Shown one piece after another: positions 11,401 to 23,221 of a stretch of DNA of 64,000 nt. Every line of letters begins with the position of its first letter. The stretch's first letter is position 1. The notes beneath the pieces were generated by a model, which was not told where the DNA came from, ran no database searches, and worked only from the letters and a program-made list of their open reading frames with translations. Made by a program: the position numbers and the translations under genes. This DNA comes from Histomonas meleagridis 2922-C6/04-290x (taxonomy: Eukaryota > Protista > Parabasalia). The stretch covers positions 62,001-126,000 of the forward strand of contig JAANOX010000279.1 in assembly GCA_020184695.1 (NCBI GenBank), read 5' to 3'.

Positions 11401-12605
11401 CATTATGATACTGATATTAGCATATATCATATCAAGAGCTAATCAAAAATTCATTTACTTTATTTTATTCACTGATAAAAAAATATAATTTACACCATCA
11501 TTTATTTATTTTTTGATATTGTTCACACGATAATAAATAGTAGTTTGGTGTCGTTCACACAACTATATAAAGAATTAAAATAAAATCAGAAATGTAGATG
11601 TTGATATTTGCTAATGTGATAATTATATGAATTTTTTATTTGCTATATAAGTTAACGAAAACCAAAGTGATAATATTATATATTATAATTACATATAGTT
11701 AATCTTTCAATTTATTAATATATATACATTTATTTGATGAATAACTATTTCATATTCATTTTTTATAGGAATTACTATTTATTTGACAACGTAATTGTTA
11801 ATCTTGATTTTTTTTTCATATGTAATACATTTTATAATCATGTGATATCACATATGTAATGTATTTCATAAATAATATATAATAAATCCAAAAAAAAAAT
11901 ACTTATTATACGATTCATACATATTTTTAATGATACGAATTAATATTCAACATTATTTTCATTATATTCTATTTCATCTGTATTCATAGACAATTTTTTG
12001 CTGCATTCATATATTAATATTGAATTTTGATAACACGAAAAAGTTCACATGTTTATGATTGGGACAATAATAAAATTCTCTCAATTTTAGATAGATACAA
12101 ATTCGAGCAAGATAACATTTCTGAAATTCAATTTTTTCATTCAATTTTGATCAATGCAAAACGGCACTTATTGTATTCAATTTTATTAATTTAATTTCAT
12201 TTGGCGTAAAAAGTCACTTATCGAAAAAAAATTAAAGAATTTGAAAGCATAAACTATACAATAATTCAATGGAAACGACCGTTATGCCCTGGAAATACGA
12301 TTCCTCAAAATATATTTGAAAATAATATCACTTTTCATATAGGAAAAAATAATAAAATGTTAAGATAGCACGATGTACACTTCGTTCAGTGCAACTTCTC
12401 CATAAATTTATTTACTTCTTTTATCATGATGATGAGAAATAAAAGAAAATTAAAAAAAAGATGAATTATAAATGCAACACATGAAATTTCATGTCATCAT
12501 TGGGAGACACATTGCATCAGCAAAGCCTGTTAAAATATAAAAATCATTATATAATTAATGTTAACTTTTATGAATAATTAATAGCAAATGAATGGATTCA
12601 ATATT

Positions 12606-14749
12606 TTATAAAATGTTTTTATCATTAATATCAATTCCTTCTTGTTCAAGAAGTAATTTAACTATTTCTGAATGACCTTTTGAAGATGCTTTCATAAGTG
12701 CTGTTCTAAATAATTTAAATAATTTCCAAATATCATTTTGATATATAAAATTATTAAAATAAATTTCAAATAAAACAAATAAATATCTTTAGCATTAATA
12801 TCAATTCCTTCTTGTTCAAGAAGTAATTTGACTGTTTCTGTATGACCATATAAAGATGCCCAAAAAAGTGCTGTATAAAATAATTTAAATAATTTCCATA
12901 TATTATTTTGAAATATAAAATTATTAAAAAATATTTTAAATAAAACAAATAAATATCTTTAGCATTAATATCAATTCCTTCTTGTTTAAGAAGTAATTTA
13001 ACTATTTCCGTACGACCATTTTCAGATGCAGATATAAGTGCCGTTTTAAATAATTTAAATAATTTCCAAATATTATTTTGAAATATCAAATAATTGAAAG
13101 CAATCCAAATTAAAACAAATAAATATTTTTAGCATTAATATCAATTCCTTTTTGTTCAAGAAGTAATTTAACTATTTCTGTATGACCATTTTCAGATGCA
13201 GATATAAGTGCTGTTCTAAATAATTTAAATAATTTTCAAATATTATTTTGAAATATCAAATTATTAAAATAAATTTTATTTTTAGCATTAATATCAATTC
13301 CTTTTTGTTCAAGAAGTAATTTAACTATTTCTATATGACCATTTCTAGATGCAGATATAAGTGCTGTTCTAAATAATTTAAATAATTTCCAAAAATTATT
13401 TTGAAATATCAAATTATTAAAATAAATTTTATTTTTAGCATTAATATCAATTCCTTTTTGTTCAAGAAGTAATTTAACTATTTCTATATGACCATTTCTA
13501 GATGCAGATATAAGTGCTGTTCTAAATAATTTAAATAATTTCCAAAAATTATTTTGAAATAAAAAATTAATAAAAAATATTTTAAATAAAACAAATAAAT
13601 ATCTTTAGCATCAATATCAATTCCTTTTTGCTTTAAAATGTATGTAACAAGTTCAATATTTCCTGGAGATGAAGCAAAAACTAAAATATTTTCTGGAAGT
13701 TGATTATTTTTAAGGAAATATTTTACAATAAAAATATTTCCAATTTTTGCTGCTTCGTTAATGATATTTTCATTAATTTTCAGTCCTCCTTTTTCTAAAT
13801 ATGTAAAAATTTCATAATTAAAATATGAAACACATTTTTCTCCTATTTCTTCTAAATTATTAATATCTTCAATTTTATTTTCATAAAGATATTTAAAGAT
13901 ATCGTTTCGATGAAACATAATTGCTGCTTCGCATGCATCTTTAAATGATGAATGATTTTGTTCACATAAATGAATGATTTCTTCATTTCCACCTGCAACT
14001 GCATATTTACCTGTATTATTTACTTTTGCACCACTCATAAGCAAATATTTAAAACATTTAACAGATCCAAAAAATGCTGCATAATCAATTAATCTAACAT
14101 TATATTTATTAACAAATGAGCAACTTTCATAAAGTGATGGTTTAATTTCTTGGTTAAAATCAAAATTTGATTGTGATGATATCTCTTGAAGTTTTAGGAT
14201 TTCATCTTTTCGGATTATTTTGGCAATTTCATTCTGATTAACTCCTTCTTCAATTAATTGCTTATGAAGTTCCCAATCATTTTTTGAAAGTTCTTCATAA
14301 TTTACAAAATCATGTTCCCTTAAATAGGTTGATAATTTATCTTTAGACATATAATGTACAAAATAAGCACTCAGTTTGTTTTTTACAATGCTTGGTTCAA
14401 GAAAATTATGTTCAATCATAGCTTCAAGTAAATAACATGATTCATGTGTATACTTATTGATAAGAAATCGACCAAATACATCAAATATATTGGATTTGAT
14501 TTTATTAATCTCTTCAAATGTTCTTATTTCTTTTATAATATTAAAAAATAAATCTATATTATTGTTTCTAATTACAAAGGAATAATATATCATTTGAATA
14601 ATAATTAAATCATAAGATAAAGGATGGATTTCATCAAATTTGTTGATTATTAAACCTAAAGATCTCGAGAAATTTTCTTCATTCAAACCAAAAATTGCTT
14701 GATTTATTGATAGAAGTGTTTCCCAGTCGCAATGTTCCTTTGGTCTCAT
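12606..14749 (-). CDS. DUF3447 + ankyrin-repeat protein whose 6 C-terminal ankyrin blocks are each preceded by an AT-rich non-canonical spacer (array 1)
   Basis: The open N-terminal part carries the parabasalid DUF3447-ankyrin signature (EELSKNDWELHK, LIDYAAFFGSVKCFKYLL). The 93-nt blocks such as RTALISASRNGHIEIVKLLLEQKGIDINAKN are separated by spacers at 13524-13600, 13371-13430, 13218-13277, 13048-13124, 12878-12954 and 12708-12784. The terminal TAA is at 12606-12608. Confidence 0.8.
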
Positions 14750-15151
14750 GTGGAAAATATTAATAACGGATATATCAATTCAAATTTGTATAAATAATCA
14801 AAAAGTTGAATTGTTCAAGCTAAAATGAAAATATCTTGCTTTATAAATGAAATAAAATAATAAAAGTGGGCTTATTATTATCACCAATTAAAAGTATATA
14901 TTTTTATTGATTTATATATAAACATTTTTCCTCTAATTGTCCGACAAACTAGTGAAAAAGTGAAGATTTTAAAAATTTACCGTCCCGAGCAAATGTTTTG
15001 TAAAACTATAGCTCGGAATTAGTGTACATGAAAATGGCTCGTGTACCTATCGTTTTCCAAATTTTTTGTAGCGCATAAAAAACATAACGATGTTTGCATA
15101 TTAACTGTATATTGATTTTCTGGAGTTCGCTATTTTCTGACCAACTACGAA

Positions 15152-15388
15152 TTGAAAACAAAAGAAAGGAAAAAACATTTTTATGTTCTCATTTTTGTTA
15201 TATTTTTCACAAATTATTTTCAAATATTTTATGATAATAACTTAAAATTAATAATAACAAATTTAAATGATTTTAATGAAATTGATCAATATCAAAACAT
15301 CACTTCTAAATATAAAATCATTGACTTACCAAATTCCAAGAGAAATTATTCAAGAATTTTTCATCGGAAAATATTACATTACAATTAG
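15152..15388 (+). pseudogene. 5' fragment of a BspA-like surface-protein gene
   Basis: VLIFVIFFTNYFQIFYDNNLKLIITNLNDFNEIDQYQN aligns by eye to the N-terminus of the BspA genes at 23-27 kb (IFVIFFTKSYEIFHKDNSTLSITNSNDFIDIDQYQN). It has no ATG, LRR or TM. Confidence 0.6.
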
Positions 15389-15420
15389 ATGTGATGGTTG
15401 TAAATCGATTAATATAAATT

Positions 15421-15792
15421 ATGAAAAATAAAAGCATTGTCGATAATACGAAAGATAAAGATAAAAATAACATCTTTCTGTGTTATCCAAAATATTCAGA
15501 AAATATTTTACTAACAGCAATTTGTAATTCTTCATATGATTCATTTTGCGAATTTACTCAATCATTTACCAATTTAGGATTAACTTTATTAGGGTATGGT
15601 TCAGCAGATGGAGTAAATGAGTTAAATTCGCAAAAACCATTGAGTAAATTATCAAATGGTGTTAATAGACAATTAGTTTACAATAAAAGTGCAGCGAAAT
15701 ACTCAAAAAATTGGGTCGGTTATATTCAAATAATTGAGAAAATCATTCAACCAGATTCAATTAATTTAAGAATAATCACACACAAAAACTAA
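15421..15792 (+). pseudogene. Coding-like fragment, unassigned
   Basis: 123-codon ORF in AT-rich DNA with protein-like composition; no recognisable domain. Confidence 0.25.
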
Positions 15793-16019
15793 ACAATAGA
15801 AATATCACCAATGTTTGGTAAATTAAGTATCCCATTTAGTCATAATCAATATGCTTATAATCCAAGGCAATTTTTTAGTATTCTTTGAAAATTCTTCGAA
15901 ATTATTTTAAAAAAAATTGAATGGTCTTAAAATATGCTTTTTGTTTTCTTCTTCTGTTTTGCAATGTGCAAAATATTTAGATTCATTGTTTTTTATCGAC
16001 TAAACATTCACTAAAAATG

Positions 16020-16640
16020 TTAATAAATTTTGGATTCCTCCAATAATTACTTCTTCATTATATCATCATTGATTTTCATTCCTTCTTTAAGTAAAAATGA
16101 AAATATTTCATAATTTTAATGTAAAATACAAAGTTTTCCTATTTCTTCTAAATTATTAATTTCATCAATTTTACTTTCATAAAGATAATGAAAGATATCA
16201 TTTCGATGAAATTCAATTGCTGCTTCATATGCATATTCAAATGATGAACCATTTTGTTCACATAAATGAATGATCTCAATGTTTCCACTTGCAATTGCAT
16301 ATTTATCTTTTTCACTTATATTTGCACCATTCATAAGTAAATATTTAAAACATTTAACAGAAGAAAAAAATGCTGCATAATCATTTAATGTATTATTTTC
16401 TTGATTAATAAATGAACATCTTTCATAAATTGATGGTTTAATTGTTTGATTAAAATAGAAATTTGTTTGTGATGATATTTCTTGAAGTTTTTCTATATCA
16501 TCATTTCGAATTATTTTCGCAATTTCATTTGGATTAACTCCTTCTTTTAGTAATTTCTTATGAAGTTCCCAATCATTCTTTGAAAGTTCTTCATAATGAT
16601 CAATAAAGTATTTTTCTATTGGATCATTTCCATATGCCAT
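16020..16640 (-). pseudogene. Truncated DUF3447-ankyrin gene (no N-terminus, no ankyrin array)
   Basis: Same signature as the neighbouring paralogs (EELSKNDWELHKKL, DYAAFFSSVKCFKYLL). After the stop at 16116 the homology continues (NYEIFSFLLKEGMKINDD) and then decays. Confidence 0.75.
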
Positions 16641-18710
16641 ATGGTTTTGATTTTCTTTTTAAATGTAGAATGATTAAAATGTATTTAATCGATCATAAAG
16701 CTTTTTAATGGCAATTTTTTATGATTACAGTTTCATTAAATGAAGCACCTCAGAGTTCCTTCTACAAATTTTTTTTATTCCGTGATATGTAAATCTATAC
16801 GATCTGTTTTAGTAGTATACAGATTTTTAAGAAATTTCTGGCTTCCAGTTTTGAGAAAAACGAGTTTTTGTATGACATGTGATTTGAAATATAACATGGA
16901 ATTTATTATCTTTTTATCTCTCAAAATTATATAACATTTTGTTTTTGTTTTTATTTTATGAATTTTATGAATTTATCAAGAATTGAATGATCTCGAAAAA
17001 TTGAAGATTCTTAAAATATATATTTAAATCCTTCCATTCTTATATATGTTAGTCTACATTCATTTTAATGTAATTTTTGATTTAGACGAAATTCTTGAAA
17101 ACTTAATTATAATTATGATAAAACGAAAAAATTTTGAATTTGAGTCAAATTATTTGACATATTGAAAAATAAAAATATCTTAAAATTCAAACTGGTGATA
17201 TAAAATGTTTATTATTTTCTGTTTAAAAGAAAATTAATAATAAATTGAATTTTTTTCGGCATCATTGATTTTTTGTTACCGTGAAAATATTTTTTTTTAA
17301 TCTAGATATAAATTTATATCATTATACAAATATGATATAACATCGGACCAAATATAATTAAACACAATTTTATAAGCTTATATTTATTATACATATTTCA
17401 TTTATTAATAACTATAATTCATTCAAATAAAAATTGAAAATTTGAAAATCAACTTGCAAAACAGCTGATTTACTGAAAAATTGCATTCCAGAAAATTGGT
17501 AAGAGCGATTTTAACCAAACCTTAATATGAAATTTGTGCCACTACATAATGCTTATATTTTGAGTTTGGTGTAATATTAAAGTTGTGGAGTTCAAAACGC
17601 TTTCGCTTGTTCCCTTCTGAATAAATCTTAAAAAATTTTTCGAATAGGTTTTGATTGGAGTCATGATATCTTTATAATTTTATAATGATATCAAAGGGCC
17701 AGAACTGATGTGTTTGTGTATGTGAAATTGCATAACGTCTTTAAACGCCCTTTCATCATCAATAAGGATAACAAAGATATGAACAACAAAGACAATAATG
17801 TATCGAATCACAAAAAGAAATGTTTTATAGCTTAATTCTAAACAAAATGAATCAATAAATTATAAAAGATATCTTTTAATATTGATCAATATTAATGAGC
17901 TCAGTTGGTCGAGGAACTTTTTAATGTTTTGATAGCTATTTGAATGAACATTTTTTTTTTGAATATCTTTTTGTTGAGTTCGATAATTCAATTATCTTGC
18001 TGAGCATTAGGACTTAGCCCCGAATGTCACTTTTGTAAAGGTTTGATGGGATACCCCAAAATCTGAATAATGCAGAGTAAACGATATAATATAACAAAAG
18101 ACAGTGAATCATCAATTCTCAAAAAGAGAATTAAAATCCTGAACTACAATTAAACAAAGTAAAAAAAAAATGATTTTAAAAAATATAGTTTAAGCAAACG
18201 AAAAAAATTAAGTAAGTCTGTTCAAAGCAGGCAATGTTGGCAAATTTCAATTAAAAATGGTCAATTTTCAATGCGGTTATTTAAATAAAATTGGCCAATT
18301 TAATTTTCAACATTGCCCAAGCCTGGTTCAAAGTCAAAATAATCCAATGATATTGAGTAGTTTCTAATCATGTCAAAAGATTTTGATAAAATTATCAAAG
18401 AGCAGCATCTACAATGTAATTATCATTTTGAGGCATGCCTCCGAACATTGGTAATATGTTTTTATTCAGATTCTTTATGAAGAAATGATTCGAGAAACCG
18501 TTTAAACTATTACTTCATAAAAAATCCCAACACAGAAAAATAAAATGGTCACAAAATAAACATATATAATCAATGACATAAATATTTTTTTAAAGTTATA
18601 AATTTTGTTGTTTCATAGGCAACCACCATTGAGTCAAAGTATTGCTCTCAAAGCCAATTATTGTGCTTTGAGAGAAAATATACTAATGTTTTTCATTTAT
18701 TAAGATCAAA

Positions 18711-21380
18711 TTAATTCTGAAGTAATTTAATTATTTCTGTATGACCATATAAAGATGCCCAAAAAAGTGCTGTTCTAAATAATTTAAATAATTTCCAAAT
18801 ATTATTTTGAAATTTTAAATTATTAAAATAAATATTAAATAAAACAAATAAATATCTTTATCATTAATATCAATTCCTTCTTGTTCAAGAAGTAATTTAA
18901 CTATTTCTGTATGACCATGTTTAGATGCAAATATAAGTGCAGTATTATATCATTGAAATAATATCCAAATATTACTTTGAAATATAAAATTTTAAAAATA
19001 AAAATTAAACAAAACAAATAAATATCTTTATCATTAATATCAATTCCTTCTTGTTCAAGAAATAATTTAACAATTTCTATGTTACCATTTTTAGATGCTT
19101 TCATAAGTACTGTTTCAAATAATTTAAGTAATTTCTATGTATTATTTAAAAATCTCAAATTATTAAAATAAGTTTTATCTTTAACATTAATTTTAATTCC
19201 TTTTTGTTCAAGAAGTAATTTAACTATTTCTGTATGACCATTCCAAGACGCCCACATAAGTGCTGAATTAAATATGTTAAATAATTTCCAAATATTATTT
19301 TGAAATATCAAATTATTAAAATAAATTTTGTTTTTAACATTAATTTTAATTCCTTTTTGTTCAAGAAATAATTTAACAATTGCTATGTTACCATATCTAG
19401 ATGCTTCTGTGAGTGCTGTATCAAATAATTTAAGTAATTTCCATGATTTATTTTAAAATATCAAATTATTAAAATAAATTTTATTTTTAACATTAATTTT
19501 AATTCCTTCTTGTTCAAGAAGTAGTTTGACTATTTCTGTATGACCATTCCAAGATGCTAAAATAAGTGCTGTATTAGATAATTTAAATAATTTCCAAATA
19601 TTATTTTGAAATATCATAAAATTATTAAAAAATATTTTAAATAAAACAAATAAATATCTTTAGCATTAATTTTAATTCCTTTTTGTTTAAGAAGTAATTT
19701 AACTATTTCTGTATGACCATTCCAAGATGCTAAAATAAGTGCTGTTTCAAATAATTTAAATAATTTCCAAATATTATTTTGAAATATAAAATTATTAAAA
19801 TAAAATTTAAATAAAACAAATAAATATCTTTAGCATTAATTTTAATTCCTTTTTGTTCAAGAAGCAATTTAACTATTTCTATATGACCATTTCTAGATGC
19901 AGATATAAGTGCTGTTCTAAATAATTTAAGTCATTTCCAAATATTGTTTTGAAATAAAAAATTAATAAAAAATATTTTAAATAAAACAAATAAATATTTT
20001 TTGCATTAATATCAATTCCTTTTTGTTCAACAAGTAATTTAATGATATCTAAATGTTTATTTTCAGATGCTAGAAACAAAGCTGTGTCAAAAAACTAAAA
20101 TATTCACCAAATACTCATATGAAACATAATGAAACATAAACAATTTCCTAATTTTTCAAAGAGACATTACATACATTAACATCAATTTTTCTAAGAAGAA
20201 AATATTTAATAAGTTCAATATTTCATGAGCTTGCACAAGAAACAAATATATCATTTGGTAATTGATATTCTTCAAAAAAACATTTTATTATATATAAATT
20301 TCCAGTTGATGACAATTCATATATGAAAGCTTCTAATTTCAATCCTTCTTTATCAAGCAAATATGAAAAAATTTCATATGAATTATTTACAATACATTGT
20401 TTATATAAAAAATTTAAATACTTAGTTTTAACAATTTTATTTTCGTAAAGATATTTAAAGATATCATATCGATGAAATTCAATAGCTGCTTCATATGAAT
20501 CATAAAATGATGAATGATGTTGTTCACATAAATGAATGATTTCTATATTTCCACTAGCAATCGCATATTTACCTGTGTTATTTACTTTTGCGCCATTCAT
20601 AAGTAAATATTTAAAACATTTAACTGATCCAAAAAATGCTGCATAATCAAGTAATGAAACAATGTTTTTATTAATAAATGAACATCTTTCATAAAGTGAT
20701 GGTTCAATTGTTTGATTAAAATTAAAATCATTTTGTGATGATATTTCTTGAAGTTTTTCTATTTCATCATTTCGAATTATTTTCGCAATTTCATTCGGAT
20801 TAACTCCTTCTTTGATTAATTGCTTATGAAGTGTCCAATTGTTTTTTGAAAGTTCTTCATAATTTTTTAGAAAAGATTCATTAAACTGATTAGATTTAAT
20901 ATCATCTTTATTGTTCCAACCAATAGTTAATAAGTTGATTTCATTTTTTTTCATATGTTGTGCGAAATATAAACAACTTTTTTTGGTTAATTCTGTTTCA
21001 TCAATCATTCCTTGATCAAACATTTTTTCTAAAAGGTAATATGATTCTTGAGAAGTTAGAGAAAAAAGATATCTTGAAAAAATATCCATCATTTTATAAT
21101 TACATATTTCCTCATATATTTTTTCCAAGAATCTTAAAAAATTAAAATAAATATTAAAATCTTTCATTTGGGAAACAAAAGATGAATACACTAATCGACA
21201 TGTTATCAAAAAAACTGTATATGGATGATTTTTGTCATATAATTCATATATTAAATTTGCTGATTCCTCAATGTTTTCAAATTTTAGATTGAAAACAATG
21301 CCTTTGAGAGTAATTATCTTTGAAATACAATCTTTTATTTGATTTGATATATTACTTTTTTGAGTTTCGCTAAATTCCAT
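18711..21380 (-). CDS. DUF3447 + ankyrin-repeat gene with 9 spacer-interrupted ankyrin blocks (array 2); premature TGA at 20223-20225 before the array
   Basis: The N-terminal ORF 20223-21380 has the DUF3447 signature, and the frame continues past the TGA (ASS*NIELIKYF; compare SSPGNIELVTY in array 1). Spacers are at 20089-20165, 19919-19995, 19749-19825, 19576-19655, 19423-19482, 19270-19329, 19117-19176, 18947-19023 and 18777-18853. The last block is RTALFWASLYGHTEIIKLLQN*. Confidence 0.75.
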
Positions 21381-22249
21381 GTAAATTTTTTGTAGTTTTT
21401 TGGTTGCCTTGAAGCAAATTAATTAATAAAGTTATACTAATGTTTTGAGTGAATTTTGATCGTTTTGTATACAAAATGATTATCGTTTGTGAATGACCGT
21501 TTAAATCTTTCCTGAATCCGACCAGATATGCATTGAAAGTTATAAGAAAATATCATAATACATTCTTATACAACTCAACAAAAATGCTGAAATAAAATTA
21601 TTAATAATTATTTAGATGAAAAATAAAATTTATTTTTTATTATCTGATCTGATCATGTGTTCAATTGGATTGAATTAGTCATGTGTTTTTATCAAATGAT
21701 GACGCTGGTCATATTTCTGTTCGATGTTCAGGCATGCGAAAGGGCATGAAAATTCATGCACGAAATTTAATGATGCTTTTCTTAAAAGGTAATCATGTAA
21801 CAATGGCAAAGCGCTATCGAAAGACTACACAAGAAAAAGGTATAGGTGTACCATATACAGAGAAAGTATAAAATAATCCAAACATAAATATTCGATTTCA
21901 TGATTCTTGGGATAAGAATCGTACTGCAGCTTATCAAGAATTTCAAAAAATTTACTTTAAATGTATTGAAATATGTAGATAAATTTATACCAATATTTGT
22001 AGAAAAGATTAATGAATTTGATTTTGGTCCATCATTAATTTGTTTGTTATCACGTTTATCCAATGAAACTATTTTGAAGCACAAAGAGAAGATATTTTAT
22101 TTTTTATCTCAGAAAAAATATTTCTTATAAATACGAATGAAAAAATGAATTTTTTTTTTTTTTTTGAAAATCCTTTTGGAAATTTAAAAGTTATATACCG
22201 AATGACAAATTAAAGAATTTGATTTTATTTGTCGAGAACTATTAATTAT

Positions 22250-22720
22250 CGGTTTAGGATTTGATCATATTATGGATTTTGGTTCGATAAGATTAAATCT
22301 TGATTATGTTTATAATAAGACAAGCTTATTAACATCTGTATATGATTCTTATCAAATCACAGGTAATCCAGAATATCATGAAAAAAAAAATGGATGGATT
22401 GGAATGCTAATTGGCCTTTTGTATATCCTGATGATATTGTTGTGAATTCAACAAATCAATTAATATTAATTGGTTCTGTTAATAATTTAACAAATCCCGG
22501 ACAAAAAATTGATACTTGTGATAAACAAATACTTAAGTATGCTAAAGAAGATTATGATTTAGAAGTTGCAAAATTAAATTTATTGATGGTGCAGCATGTA
22601 CAATATTATTTGAATGTTATCATCTACAAACAAGAAAAGAATCAATACAAAATCGTTTTAATTTTTTACAATATTTCCATGAAAATGAACATGGAAAACT
22701 TGTTGTTTTAAGGAAAGATG
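22250..22720 (+). pseudogene. Degraded coding remnant, unassigned
   Basis: Protein-like frames (GLGFDHIMDFGSIRLNLDY..., MDWNANWPFVYPDDIVV...) are joined by frameshifts; no family recognised. Confidence 0.25.
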
Positions 22721-23221
22721 GTAGAGATCTAGCAATTCCTTATTGTAATTATTTTTTATAGAATTTGGTACAAATGCAGCGGAATATTTTAGTGAAGCTT
22801 CTGTAGCACAAACACGAGTTATGACTAATGAAAGCATAAGCGTGCCTTTATTCAAACTTGTTTTTCATGATTGTGTTAATATCTTTTAGGAGTGGTGACG
22901 ATTTTAATTCTAAATATATTCCTTTATGCGATTTATGAAATATATTACATGATACACCTCCAGTTTATGTTATAGCACAAAATAATTGAATCAATTTGTT
23001 TTGAAGACAAACAAGATATTTTCTTTTTGTGCGTGTCACTACATATTTTAATTCTTCATTCTTTATAAAATTATATTTCAAAATGTTTAATCAATTATTG
23101 ATGACATCAAATTCATATGCAATGCATTAATGTTATGTATCATCTAAAAATTTGATTTCATAAGATTCATATAATATTTATAATTATCATTACAAAATTT
23201 ACAAATATATAATATTGAAAA

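Noticed and set aside
10978-11442. 154-aa hydrophobic ORF (IIVIIY repeats)
   Set aside because: It is a translation of the 18-bp AT-rich minisatellite, starts at TTG and has no other coding signal.
12708-13600. Spacers as U12-type AT-AC introns (ATATT[C/T]ATTT at the 5' side, AC in the Thr codon)
   Set aside because: AT-to-AC removal leaves the frame shifted and deletes the conserved Thr, units starting ACT-ATT lack the ATAT start, and there is no TCCTTAAC branch site.
17897-17914. tRNA D-arm-like sequence GAGCTCAGTTGGTCGAGG
   Set aside because: There is no acceptor stem, anticodon arm or correctly spaced T-loop.
13524-20165. Spacers as ordinary GT-AG introns; a 71-nt GT..AG fits some long spacers that precede an AGA codon (for example 13524-13600) and, in another register, 20089-20165
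   Set aside because: The two fits use different registers, most other spacers have no GT or no AG at the equivalent site (the array 1 60-mers have no GT at all), and none has the ACTAAC branch site. Not fully excluded for those few without RNA data.
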